The notes: generated from the sequence alone by a model not told the origin. A stretch of DNA of 58,306 bases, filler included, from Sphacelaria rigidula (GCA_964200075.2; 5 parts of 5 records of this genome joined end to end with filler, not necessarily neighbours in it); one strand, 5' to 3'; shown: positions 37,605-58,231, counted from the first letter of the whole stretch. Numbers and translations are program-made.

Positions 37605-37849
37605 CTGCGATAGATGAAGGTACGATTTGCGGCGCGTGGAGAGGATAGGAATCGAGCCGGGTGTGCGAGAAAGTACGGAAGGATGGTGGTCGTGTGCTGT
37701 GTCACGGGGGTTCATTGTTTTGTAAGTGCGACAAGGGGTCACTGCGGGGGCTACAGTACAAAAAGCGGGGGCAGACACAATGTCGAGCCTGTAAGACAAA
37801 ATAATATACTTTCTTTGTCCCATGAGTTATCGGATACAACTCGACGTAC

Positions 37850-38191
37850 CTTATCTTCGCTCGCCGGCGGTAGAGGCGCCTGCGCAACTGTGGCCGGTAC
37901 TGTTGCTACGTTGGGGGGAGAAGTGGCGCCTGCGGAAGCCGGCGCAGGCGCAGGTGCCGCCGCTGGCACTTGCGCCAGGTCGTCGTTTATTGGTGGTGGG
38001 ATAGGGAGGGCAGGGGGTGGCGATTGTGCCCGACGTGGGGACTTCTCTTCTGTATTGCAAGCGGCGGCAGCGACAGGAGCCGCTGCCGCATGCGGTGGTA
38101 TTATGTGAAGTCGGTCTACACGGTCCTCAATATCCCCCTCGGCCGCCGCAGCCGCCACCGCTCTGCTTCCTCCTTCCTTTTGTGATACACC
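37850..38191 (-). CDS. USP10: USP10/UBP24-like gene, exon 2 (Pro/Ala-rich)
   Basis: Acceptor cactgcag|GGT and donor AAG|gtacgt, phase 0-0, consistent with the flanking exons. Confidence 0.78.
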
Positions 38192-39745
38192 CTGCAGTGA
38201 TAGGACGGTGAGGACACACGGGTGACGAAAAAAGGCCATCTTACGTGGATGAAACGGGTGCTTGAACACGTAACATGCAGCTGAACCGTGTCCCGAAGGA
38301 TCGACAACATTCCCGCTAAAACGGATGGGTGTCTCAGCACTTTGATACGGCGGGTATACCATGCACGTGGGCTACTGTACGGGTGCATCCGTCGGCTGCT
38401 TGGGCGAGGGTAGTACTGGAGGCACTGGTTACATTGAAAGGCACGAAGCTTCCATGATTGTCAAGTCCCTCAGTACCCATAACAACAGCAACGGCAATAC
38501 TGAGGCACACAAACGGACGCTCCACACATGGTTGTCACGCTGCTGACGAGTTTTTCGCGCACAACGGAGCTGTAGATATAACGACGGCGAATAAATACAG
38601 TCCCCTGTAATCTCAAGTCAAGAGGGATGCAGATACATGGACCGGTGCAAGCATGCCGAACTTATGTTGGGCTATTCCTGACAAGTACGTATTGGACATA
38701 GGACTAATCCCCCATTCTCCAACAGTCCGTGGATGACCCAGTATTACGGCAGTACCGACAGATTCCGGGGGAGACACGCACTGAAGTCGTAGGCCATAAA
38801 CAATGAAGACAAGTCATACATGCATTTCAGGGATGATGGTAGCCAACAGCTAACGAATGATATCACATGATGGGGAAATAAAACGGTGAACACAGACATT
38901 CACAACAGCCTGGTTCTACCCATAGGTTGAAGGAGTCCTTGCTTTACCCGTAGTTACTAAGAAGGACCCTGGTCTTCAACACATGCACTTGATACTGAGA
39001 ACGCGAACAGCACGCTCCCGTGGTTCGACTTGGGCTCCGAGGTTTTACTCCGTTGCCGAAATGATCATCCGTTTCACCCCAATTGCACGGCTGTTTTCGC
39101 TTCGGTTTGTACCATACTTGTTATTCTCCAAGCTTCGGAAAATGTATATATGACACGAGCATAAATGTACTTCATGTCCGACATCGCTGCGAATAGCATG
39201 ATACTAGGGTATCTCCAAAATTCGAACGAACTCTCACAGCTTGAAAAAAAACACTTTCGACGTGGTTGGGTATGGCAAATCATAGGCGGAAGTGTTTGAA
39301 AATCGAGCCCTTATCGTGTTCTCTTCTGGCCAGAGGTGACCTGAAAGGTGATCTTCTAGGCGTCCACCGCCAAATTGGGGGCGCCTGTACTTATATTTTT
39401 CGCCGAGAGTTCGCATGTTTTTCGTCGGAGAGATAATGCTTACGCAGAGAAGGCCACCACCACGTACACACCCTGGCGATAGAGATGGTGTATTCGTACA
39501 TCAGTCGCGGCCGGCGGCATTGCGATCTCATGATCGCATCATTCTGAACAGTAGCAGGACTTCTGAGGACGGGTCACAACCCGTAAGTCGTTTGATAATG
39601 ATTATTTTCGGAGAGAGGAGCGGACACTAATACAGTGTTGTTTCTTTTCAGTCTCATCAAGGCATTTTACGACGACTATAATTCATCATCCGTGCCGTCC
39701 ATTGGAAACGGTCATGTTCCAAGGCCTAAAATATGCCCAGATTGC

Positions 39746-40630
39746 AGGAGCAGACGTCCTTGGGAGAGAGGTGTTAACATCGGCAGAGCAAGGTAGCGCT
39801 ACAGACCTATGCAGGGGCTGAGGCAGCCGGATGGGAAAGGATGCAGATCACTGCGGAGGGAAAAAACACTTCATCCACGCAGTGTATCGGGGCCCGGTAA
39901 AACACGAAGTTGACACTGTGCGTTTCTAGCTGGCCGTACAACGACTACAACAATACTGCCTGTGCGATGCGAACTACGCCTGGGCAACGCTGGAATACCC
40001 GCGATCTATCCGTGAAAATTGCAACATGCACTCTGTCCCTTTCTGGAACCAAGTGAAATGTTGAGGAAAAAACTCCGCGAAAGGGCGATCACGCGCTTGT
40101 CAGAGAAAGCTCAACATATTCAAGGGGGAGCGTGCGCACTAAGAATTTCCGGTTGATTCTGCCCGGATAATACTACAGTAACCGCCCCTTTACTCGTCAG
40201 ACCGTCGTCGTAGCCGGCCGGCGAAGTAAGGCTCTTTTCTTCAGCCGCCCTGTACGGTCGCGTCTTACTCGACATGGCGTATAAAACCCATAGCATTTGC
40301 CTCTAACATATGGCGAACCTCGACTACTGTTGTTTTACGGTGTTGCTGCCAGCCTCAAGGATAGGCGGTCGACCTAAACGACAACGCTGGCAAAATCTGC
40401 CTCTGCCTCCGCGCGGATTTCGTATCCTCACCGTTCATAATTGTCATTCGAAAGTGATATAAATTTCGTTATCACCGCGGCTTCTTGTATAATCATCCGG
40501 TCAACCCAGACTGCGCACAAAACGCCCTCGGTCGCCGAAACTGCTGCGCCAACACCTACCTGCGGCTTCAAGCCGCACATACGTGGGATTTCAGCATAAG
40601 CAAACGTCCGGTGTGCTGTGTTTGTGGGCG
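39746..40630. repeat. Diverged ~0.9-kb dispersed repeat, copy 1
   Basis: Colinear with 44880-45720, sharing gacgtccttgg, tcactgcggaggga, gacaacgctgg.aa.atctgcc and gtcgccgaaactgctgcg...cctgcggcttcaagc...tttcagcataagcaaacg. Confidence 0.8.
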
Positions 40631-40681
40631 GGTATTGTCCCAAAATATCGCCTACATAGTGGTGGCAAGGAACAACATTGA

Positions 40682-40858
40682 CGCTAACTTTTATGGGAGC
40701 GTTTACAATTTTATTTTGCGATAATTTTACACGACTTCTTTTTTTCTTCGCCGTAGTTGTGTATTTTGTGCCCGTTCACCATGGTGGCAAAGAAAACAAA
40801 AAAAATCCCCCGAGATTGTTGCAAAATAATATTTCAAACGCTCCCATAAGAGTTGGCC
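40682..40858. mobile_element. 177-bp Harbinger-like MITE
   Basis: TIRs aact.ttatgggagcgttt..aat.ttattttgc and gcaaaataatatttcaaacgctcccataagagttggcc, with TGA on both flanks. Confidence 0.75.
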
Positions 40859-41057
40859 TGAATATCTCGTATCTCCCCAATAAAAAAAATGGCATGAAAC
40901 GTGTCCTTTGATGAGCGGTAGCACGCGCAAAAACTCTTGCAAATTCGCCATCTAAGAAAATATTTGAACTATGGCCGAACACAGCTATCGACTACGCTAG
41001 CTTCGGAGATGCACTACATATGTGCATCAGCCTCATTGTAATTTCGTGCTGTGCTCC

Positions 41058-41267
41058 GCCTTAATTCCATGGAAATTAATAAAACTTTCAGAAGGTGAAT
41101 TTGGTGCTCCTACAAATGATATAAATACAACTGTAGCTTTAGCATTATTAACATCATTTATGTATTTTTATGCTGGATTAAGTACGAAAGGATTCGGCTA
41201 TTTTAAACGATATATAGAACCAACCCCTCTTTTACTACCAATTAATATTTTAGAAGATTTTACGAAG
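41058..41267 (+). pseudogene. atpI: Nuclear plastid DNA insertion (NUPT): internal fragment of ATP synthase CF0 subunit IV (a)
   Basis: [70 protein letters not shown] is the hallmark AtpI sequence. It is abruptly AT-rich, and similarity stops before the expected PLSLSFRLFGN. Confidence 0.93.
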
Positions 41268-41846
41268 TCTCATTCTTGGGGTAGTGGTGAAGAACGTGAC
41301 ACTAAATCACGCCGAATACCGCCCCGACAAACCCCGGACGTGGGGAAACAAGTGAAGAGGAACAGCGTTTCATTCATGCTGTTCGGCATTAAACGGGGCT
41401 GAGTCAAGAGTGCTTGCGCACGGCGATCCGTCAGGGCCATCTCGCATTCCGCAAACACAACAAATTGCTGGCATCAAGGCCATTATTTCCCCGCCCCGAC
41501 ATCGGTGTATTCCTGAAACTATTGATGATGTCATCAAACTCGAGGCATGAAGGATCCGCCTCGTTCTTCCCGTAGGCGTAACCAGCTTTTGCGTTACCGT
41601 TGCAAAATGAAAAATATCAAGAAGAGCCGCGCCTCAGAGCAGGCACAGCTGTCTACAAACATACTAGGGATAGTAACCTCCCTAATCAATAGAGCTCTAC
41701 GCGCAGACAACAAGCCACAGGAAACGCCATGCTGCACACATGAATCCCCTCCAAAAGTGGGGCGGGTCCAGTCCTTGTTTCAACATGCACCCCCCCCTCT
41801 CTGCAAGTTCCTCTCTCTCACGTTCTCGCAATCCTCTCAAACTCAC

Positions 41847-41993
41847 CCTTTGAGCAGACACGTGCTTCTTGATATTGCTTGTCGGTAAACCATTGTAATT
41901 TCTCTTGAACTCCTTAGTGTCCTCCACAGTGAAGGACCCGAAGGTGAAAGACTCCTCTGCATCTGACGATGAGTCCGCTGGCGAATCGGTCAT
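41847..41993 (-). CDS. USP10: USP10/UBP24-like gene, exon 1 with FGSF motif
   Basis: gccATG at 41993; MTDSPADSSSDAEESFTFGSFTVEDTKEFKRNYNGLPTSNIKKHVSAQR (49 codons); donor AGG|gtgagt, phase 0, matching exon 2. Confidence 0.75.
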
Positions 41994-42563
41994 GGCTAGG
42001 AGGACGGTTCTCACCCCTCCCTCGCCTCAGACCCCTGCTTTTCCTCCCGGTTTACTAGAGCTCGTTTCTCTCTGATTTACTGACTTTTTGAAGAATTCCA
42101 GACCTGTTTCAGCGTTACTATATAGCCAACAATATACCGCTGTCATGTGCTGGACGGATACACACAAGTAGACGTGTTGTGGGCCACCGCTGTTGTCAAG
42201 GTACGGTCGGGGAAGCCCCCAGGGATGATGTAAGTCTACGCTTATCCTTTGTCATAATCCATCTTGGCTGTGTAATACTGTAGCTACTTGTAGTAAAGGA
42301 TGGTAGATTTGATTAAAAAGTATCATAAGATAGAAGAAGTAAAATAATATTTGGATCTACGATATGTGATATTCTATTCTAGATGTTCATTAACTTTACT
42401 GTTGTACTAGATGCCCTTTTCTTCGGGGTCTCGGACTTTCAACGGGTCTGAAGTGTCAATGAATGAACTAAATATTCATGAAAAATAAGCAGGTAAAAGA
42501 AAAAGCACAATACGGGATCGGTACAGATGGGCATGTGACCAGAAGCCCTCGTTATTTCTCGAG

Positions 42564-42677
42564 ATGTGGGGACTAGGAGCAATCCGAAGTGGTGCTGCGG
42601 GCCTGGTGGCGCAGGGTGCTGGAGCTGTGAAACAAGGAGTTGTAGCAGGCGCGAAGCTTCTTGAAAATTTTGATGAG
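42564..42677 (+). CDS. Probable first coding exon of an unknown gene, divergent from the USP gene
   Basis: MWGLGAIRSGAAGLVAQGAGAVKQGVVAGAKLLENFDE is followed by a strong donor GAG|gtaagg. No downstream exon was identified. Confidence 0.55.
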
Positions 42678-43568
42678 GTAAGGTGTGCAGGCCAAGACTT
42701 TGACGGGAATGACAAGAATACTGTTCTGAGTTTGTTTGTTTCCTCGGAAATGTCGGATGATTGTGACGATGTGAGGTGTGGAACGTGGTGCCACCTAATT
42801 GGTCGTGGGGATACGACCAGGCGTCTGTATTGTATGGATTTCGATTATGGTGTGGTTCGAGGGTTCATTAGTGCGTGTGTTGGGAACGTCGACTACCGGT
42901 TCCGTCGTCCAGAAAACTCCTGCGTGGAAAAGCTAACCTGCTTTTATGACCGATTTTGGACTGGAGGAGAACTAAGCTTTTCACAGGCTACTGTTGTTGC
43001 ATTAGGACAGTATTGTCGCGGATCTCTCCGCTAGGGAATCGACTGTGCGCCACCTCACAGACGATGAGGAACCAGAAGACCGACATCACTTCGCACGCAT
43101 GTCTACCCGAGGACTGCTCGCTCTGTGTCACAAAGTACAGCATAATATCCTCCTTGAAGGGACCATCTGCATGTCACCCGAGTGCTATCTTTTCCGACAC
43201 CTCAGTTTCGTTTTCGGAGACAAGTCGAAGTTGTTTGTAAGAGAGCCAGCCCGGCCGGTGTCAAATCCGAACTTTGTTCGCTTGAGTCGGAGTACCGCGG
43301 AGCGTGACCTGTCGGGCGGAAGGGGTACAGTCTCCATGTTTGTACTTTACGCTAACGTACGCGCCATTACGCTACGGTGTTGCAGCACAGAATGGGGGGA
43401 AAGGCTTGAACGCGTCGTAACGCCGCAACCCTGAAAGTCGTCTTCCATGATTTGCACTTTGTTGTGTTGTTCCTTGTCAAAAATATGGAGGCATTTCACA
43501 CAAGTTATAATTCATGAACCACGGCGTCCATTCGATATGGTCACGCTCCAATGCATGAAATATGCGTA

Positions 43569-44045
43569 GATCGCTCCTTATCACAGACTATAACAAATAT
43601 CTGGAAAAGTGCCGTTCGGGGGCTTTTACGTCGTTTTACGCCCCCAAAGAGAGCTAGGTGGAGTTTGACGCTTTGGAACGACTTGTTTTACTAGTTGAGG
43701 CGGTTCCAGGACATCTTTCCGTTTTCCGGTGGCCGCAGTTTTTATTTTGGTCAAACAAGATTTTTGCCCAAGCATCGTGAAAAACAGTCAAATCTAGGAA
43801 AAATCGCCACTTTTCTCTGGACTTGACTGCTTTTTACCGTTCTTGGGCAAAAGTTCTTGTTCGGCCAAAATGAAAACTGCGGCCACCGGAGAACGGCAAG
43901 ATGTCCTGGAACCGCCTCAACTGGTGGAGCAAGTCATTCCAAGGTGTCAAACTCCACCTACCTCTTCTTAGAGGCGTAAAACGACGTGAAAGCTCGAAAA
44001 AGGCACGTTCCAGATTTTTGTTTTTGTCTGTTATAAGGAGCGGCC
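43569..44045. mobile_element. Foldback MITE (family F1), copy 2
   Basis: A near-complete palindrome homologous to 8108-8687, lacking its internal duplication. It ends ttataaggagcggcc. Confidence 0.85.
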
Positions 44046-44048
44046 TGA

Positions 44049-44871
44049 GGGCGTGTCTTCGCACCTTTTTTTTTCGATCGAAAAAGTGCGGTCGATTTTT
44101 TTTTGCCGATCTGATAAGTCCACCGCATTTATGTTCCTTGAAGGCTGCAATTCAAAATTATATTTAGCGGTGCGCGGAGAAGAATGCATCGAGGTAAAAA
44201 CAATCGTTTTCGATCGGAAACATGCGGTCGAAAGGCACGAAACGGCACTTGACTCCTATCTCGCAAACCACCACGCCAAATAACACCTGTTCACAGGACC
44301 ATGCAAACTCCATCCAACTCATTCTCAGCTACCACCGCAACCCTGCAGCATGGAGCATGAGTTGAGCACAGGATTAGATACACTGCAGTAGTCGGGTGTG
44401 CTTTTTTTTGTTGTTGGCGAAAACCTGCGCATCTTCTCTCTTGGTAGTCATCAGCGACGGAACTGCGTGGTACGGCGGGCAACCGAGTTGCGTGCACGCT
44501 CACGGACAGTGCAGGCAGTACAAAGCTCCACGTTGCTGAAGTCATTTTCACGTCGCATTGTAAGCGGAGAGAACTGATAGTCCTGGGCTGTCTGCACTGC
44601 ACATTGTCTGCTTCTCCTTCATATCCTCCTGCACGAAACACGCACACACGCGCTCAAGACACCCTGCTTTCAAGCAGTGCAGACAGCACAGACTGTATGT
44701 ACTGTACACGAATGACCATGCGCCGTCTCACGAACTTCACTGCCTTTTTTCGATCGAGAACTTGAGAATCCATCTGGACCCCAACTGCATAAAAAAACGA
44801 GAAAATTTCGCTCAAATTGGAATCCAGCGCCCCACTTTTTCGATCGAAAAGAAAAGTGCTAAGACACGCCC
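44049..44871. mobile_element. PIF/Harbinger-like non-autonomous element (family H1), copy 2
   Basis: TIRs gggcgtgtcttcgcac and gtgctaagacacgccc, with TGA on both sides (44046-44048, 44872-44874). Homologous to 4045-4815. Confidence 0.85.
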
Positions 44872-44879
44872 TGAGACAA

Positions 44880-45720
44880 GGAGAGCTGACGTCCTTGGAA
44901 AAGACGGGTCCACATCAGCACGGCAAGGTGGCGCTGTAGACAACCTGACAGGCTGCGGCACCCGGATGGCGAAGGATACATGTCACTGCGGAGGGAGGAA
45001 GCGCCTAACACACGAAATGTACAGCGATTCATGCACGAAGATTGCAACTTGCAGCATGTCCTATTCTAAAACCAAGTAAAATGGTGAGAAACTCTGCAAA
45101 AGGAGTTTCGCGCGACAGTCCGAGAAGAGCTGAAGATGCTCGCGTTGGAGCGTCCCCTACAAGAATGGCAGGTTCATTCTGATCAAAGACGACAGCAATG
45201 CAGCTCCGTCGTCGTCAGACTGTCGTCGACCCCGGCCCGTTTTATCTGAGACTGTCTGGAAGGGGACGTTACCCCCTTCCCGAACAGCTTCACACGACAG
45301 TGGTCGTTGGCAAACGATACACTGTTAATCTTGGGCTCGGTTGTACGGCCGCGTTTTGCGCGACATGGTGTAAATAAAACCCACGGACATCTACCCCTAA
45401 CATATGACGAACCCTTACTTGTGGTTGTTTTCTGTACTGCTGCAAGCTTCGACCGATGAGCGCCCAACCTAGAAGACAACGCTGGAAAGATCTGCCGCTG
45501 ACTCCGCGCGGATTATATATCGTTCCCTCTAGAATTGTCATAAGCCAGTGAGGAATGTTCCGAAATAGGTCCAGCATCGTGCATAATCATGATTTCAACC
45601 CCTGCAGCGCAGAAATTGCTCTTAGTCGCCGAAACTGCTGCGTCAACACCAACCTGCGGCTTCAAGCTGCATATACGTGAAGTTTCAGCATAAGCAAACG
45701 CCAGGTGCGCCGTGGTTGGG
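44880..45720. repeat. Diverged ~0.85-kb dispersed repeat, copy 2
   Basis: Colinear with 39746-40630. Confidence 0.8.
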
Positions 45721-46373
45721 GGCCTAACCTTGAAAATTTCCGCCTTCATACTGTTGAAAAGAAACGACACTGTCCATGGCCTGAAGCAACAGGTGGCTTC
45801 ATCACGCAAAGGTTACACTCGTGAAATAACTCTGATCTGTTGGCTGAGGAACCGGTAGGCCACCGAGCTATAACAAAATGTGTGAACGTCTCCAGGTCGA
45901 TGAACCAGACGGTTTCGGCCCTGCTGCTCACCTTCGGAAGACGGGCGGCGCACAGGCTACGGCAGGGTTTTCTGCTTGGGTTCGTTGTAGCGGGATGAAA
46001 CGAGATCTGCCTGTGTACCTGTACTAGTGTTTCGCTGGCAAAAATATCACCTTAGGTACCCCCTGGTAGGAAGCTAGACGCGACAGAGTCAACGAACTGG
46101 ATCAACCATGTGCTATGGTTGCCACTACATGGGATCGTATTTGTAAGCAATATCGGGAGGTAACTCTTCACCAGACTCGGGCTCATTTTTTTGACAGCGC
46201 ACGGATGGACGGTAGATATCTCTTCGAGAGCACGGACACCAGATATCGACATTTGTACAGGCCCGAGAGTCGTTCTGCATTCTTTCTTCCCTTCCGAAAG
46301 GCGATAGCAAATGACTCACGCTGTAGGAATCACGGCGAGACGCTTTTGCACATTCAAGTAGCGCTTGCTGTCA

Positions 46374-46552
46374 GGCCCTGTCTTGGCACATGAGTTTTCG
46401 ATCGAAAAAGTGCGGTGGAAAACAAAAATCTTGATCTGATGGGTCGTAATTTCAACCATCGTCGTGTATTTTGAAGACGGTTGGAATCATGGCCTATCAG
46501 ATCAGGATTTTTGTTTACCACCGCACTTTTTCGATCGAAAACATTTGTGCTA
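46374..46552. mobile_element. Palindromic MITE (family H2), copy 2, followed by (TAT)n to the contig end
   Basis: Homologous to 3852-4044. The right end is replaced by a (tat)n microsatellite at 46557-46626. Confidence 0.8.
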
Positions 46553-46626
46553 CTTACTATTATTATTATTATTATGATTATTATTATTATTATTATTATG
46601 ATTATTATTATTATTATTATTATTAT

Positions 46627-46726
46627 NNNNNNNNNNNNNNNNNNNNNNNNNNNNNNNNNNNNNNNNNNNNTTAATTAATTAANNNNNNNNNNNNNNNNNN
46701 NNNNNNNNNNNNNNNNNNNNNNNNNN
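46627..46726. other. Artificial contig-joining spacer
   Basis: 44N-TTAATTAATTAA-44N. Confidence 0.99.
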
Positions 46727-46784
46727 CTTGGGCTGGTTTTTGGGATGGGCTATCGTAGAAAGTGTCCCAAATCGGTTTACTTCG

Positions 46785-46856
46785 CAGAGATTCCCACCCA
46801 TGTCCTAACCGTCAGACAGTTTTGAGGTTACCAACTGAGCCACCGGGGCGACCGGT
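46785..46856 (-). mobile_element. Decayed tRNA-derived SINE head
   Basis: The minus strand reads ccggtcgccccggtggctcagttggtaacc (A box tggctcagttgg) followed by a decayed B box. Confidence 0.5.
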
Positions 46857-49073
46857 TTTCACGTTGGAACTCTAAAATACATATTTTCTTCTCATCCATT
46901 TTACGAGAGAGAAATGAAAGTTTTTGCTATTTGTACCCCAAAGACGTGCCGTGAAAGCAATTATAGTCGTCCACACTATCGGTATTATAAATAGAACAAC
47001 TGTTTTCAACCATGTTTCTGTTGTGACCGAGTTTGACGTAAACTATACTGAACTGGCTATTGTGGTGCACTGTAACACTACACCATTGAAACGGTTACAC
47101 CACCGGGGTGCGGCGGGTCATGGACTGCTGGATTCAAATCCCGCCTTTTTCATTTTTTGTTTTGTGTTCTCACTACAAGTCCCTCCCCTTCCTCGGTACT
47201 AACCCGCGGTCATAAGGGATCAACGTTTGCAATAAACGTCGGGAGGATGTCGAGAATTTCCCAGTTTTGGGAAAGTTTTGTTAGTTAGTCACCCACCCTA
47301 CGTTTGTCAGTGTGACCCAAGAGGCCCTTGAACGCCTCCAATGTAGTGTATGTTCAAACCATTTTGCCAACGTGATGCTCATAGCGTCGTCGTTGGTTCT
47401 CACAGAGTTTGATTGATTGGTTGATCGACTGATCGTCGCACATTAACTGAAAACGAAGCAATTGCCGTGGAATTCCCTCCAACATGTACGCGGATCAAAA
47501 CAACAATTCGCACGGTGTTCGTCGGCCATCGCACAAAAACATACAGCCTTCTTCATTCGAGAACAATCCTGGTAGAAACATGTGTGAAGTTTATATCCCG
47601 CAATGTTTTTGTAATCGGGGTGAGACCACTGGAAGTACATAGAGCTCGTGTCTAGTGTAGTGACGACAGAGCACGACTGCGGTAGTACGACGACTTTGAT
47701 AGCATGTCTCATGTACTAATATCGACTGAATGCACTACGGCGCGTTGTCTCGCTCGTGGCCCCATGTGTAGTGTAGTGCAGTGTACTGTACGGTACTGGC
47801 TTGTCTGGTTTTCGTTTTGGTTGTTGCCCACTTTTCTATTCTTCGAAGGATTCCGCTGTTGACGGTTTAGCGGAAGTACGTGTATTGCATTGCAGCGGTG
47901 AGATACTTGTACATCTAATTCACCTCATAAGTTGAAGTGAAGTAAGTATATGTGCTATGATAGTTATCATCGTGCTCACGACAGCACGAAACACCACTTT
48001 TTTTTGTCGAGAGGTATGTCTGCCCATCCCTCCCCCGGTGCCTGCCTTTCGGATATGTATTTCTAGCGTTGATTGGTTGATTGATTGTCGCGCTTCAACT
48101 GACCCCCCAGGAGTCCAGCCGTGGTCGCATGGTAGACGTACCCAAGAAAAGAAAAACTGAAACACTCGCTGAAGAAAAAAGTCGGATGATGACTATCAAT
48201 CATGCCGCAGCCCTTCGACCTTCATCGAGTCTGGCGTTAAGTCACGTTCTTACGCTTTCCGGTCCGGAAAAAGGCCCGTGGAATCAAGTGTAAATGTCGA
48301 GGTTCGAATTCGCTACGTTGTCTGAACTGTCGATCATGTGCCACTGTGGCTACCGAGATGCACCGGATGTTCACTTAATTCATGTGGTTTGTTCGTCGAG
48401 GGTCTTGGGGCACTGACTCAGCGGCGGGGGTCAGGTTTTGCCTGTAAAAAAATGTTGTGTTCCATTTGATTGTGTGTCGTGTTGGTAAGAGTGATATGTG
48501 CTGGAGGAGTCCCGCTAGACCACTTGGAATTTGTCGACAAGACTTGAGATCATGGGTGCCTTTCACACGTGAGGTTCACGTCTAGGTTTTCTGCAGGGTG
48601 TGCTTCCAGCTATTAAGGCTAGCCATACCCACTGACCGAAGCTGTGCCACATGAACCAAGAACACACGAAAAAATGATCGTTGGAACGCACTGTAACTGC
48701 CTATTATCACATTCACGAAGCGACCGACACCTGCCGCCTATATTGTCTTGCAACGCTACCCCCTTACTTCACGCTGTACACGAACGCCGGGCCGCCCGAT
48801 AACACACAGCACCGCATTACTGTAACTAGCCGCAAAATGAGGCTAGCGAGAAAGTCTAGTAGAAAACCCATTGACGGGGTCATAGTCGATGTGACACACT
48901 CTTCATGCTACTACGCTGCCACCGTGAAGAACCGTCGTTCACCTCAACCCTTGTTCCGCGACCAAACCACCCCCCGCGTGTGGGCTTCCGCCCCGCACAC
49001 GTCCCCCGCCCTGCCGGGCCCACGCACGCTTGGCACTGTGTATACACCCTTGCTCCGTCGGTCCTTCTCTCAG

Positions 49074-57176
<8,103 letters not shown>

Positions 57177-57195
57177 GCAAGTCCCGGTGGTGGGA

Positions 57196-57226
<31 letters not shown>

Positions 57227-58231
57227 ACCTCGTTCGTCGCCGTTTTTCGGTGCGCTTTTTCGTTCCTTCCTCCCCACCTTGATCTCGGTTTATTATTNNN
57301 NNNNNNNGCGGGCCCCCGGGCCCCGACCCGGGGGGGGGGAGGGGGCGGGGGGGGGGGGGGCCCCCCCCCCCCCCCCCCCCCCTCCTGATTTTTTGTCAGC
57401 AGCTTTTGGTTGTTTACCCTTGAAATCTCCCCCCATAAGCGTTGTATATGAGTATTGAGATGTTACTTTCTTATACACAATAGATTTTAGTATTGGCGCA
57501 TGTTTGACGGTATTCTAGGCCCACACAGGTTTTATTTGAGTAAAAATGCGTTATTTTTTCTATTCACTAATGTTTTTTTCAAAGCACAGGCGCACATTTG
57601 GTTTTAGGCCCACATGCGGTTTATGTGAAAATGCGTGCGTTGTTTTTTATCAAGTCATGATCTCAACATACTACAGGGTCCATGTTTCCAGGTGTTTTGA
57701 GTGCTTGTGGAGGAAGACCCTACAGTAGTTACCGCACACGTCAAACGTCAAACCTCGCATGATCGAAAACCTCAAGTCGTTGTTGGGCAAGGCGAGTTTA
57801 GTAGTAGCTGCAAAAGGCGTTGAGTTTCAGCTTCGCCATATTATTGGCCGAAAGCTGCTGACGTGCCGTACTTGTACGTTATTTATTTCGTGATGACAAG
57901 CCCCGCCTGAGCCATGACGCGGTATGAGGCGGTATGCTTGTCGGTAGGTGTAAGTGTATCACTTTGCCATCGCGCCCCGGTGACCAGTCGTACCCAATGC
58001 CCAATTCTCAGTACAGTAGTTTCGCCGGAATTAAAGGGGTTCGAATTTCGACAGTGAAGGTTCTTTATACCCCATCGCGTGCTTCGAAAACAAGAGAGTA
58101 ATAGTTGGCGAAATGCTTGCAGAAAACTCGGTGGACTACGGCAGCTCTATTCATCACCTAGGTAATGCAAGTGCAAGGCAAGCACGAGGGGGAAGGTGGC
58201 TTGGTCTTCGGAGACAAGGGGCTCATCCCGA

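Noticed and set aside
36637..37617. 326-aa plus-strand ORF
   Set aside because: It is the antisense shadow of the GC-rich USP exon 3.
41022..41402. 126-aa ORF as a functional nuclear-encoded AtpI
   Set aside because: Only ~70 internal residues match. The flanks are unrelated, the conserved C-terminal helix region is absent and there is no targeting peptide.
43045..43434. ORF with HHFARMS, faintly resembling a Harbinger transposase FRM motif
   Set aside because: It is a single short motif with no DDE residues or further similarity, which is insufficient support.
57198..57385. Pro/Gly-rich ORF and G/C hairpin
   Set aside because: Homopolymer C/G runs around a 10-N gap, most likely low-quality sequence.
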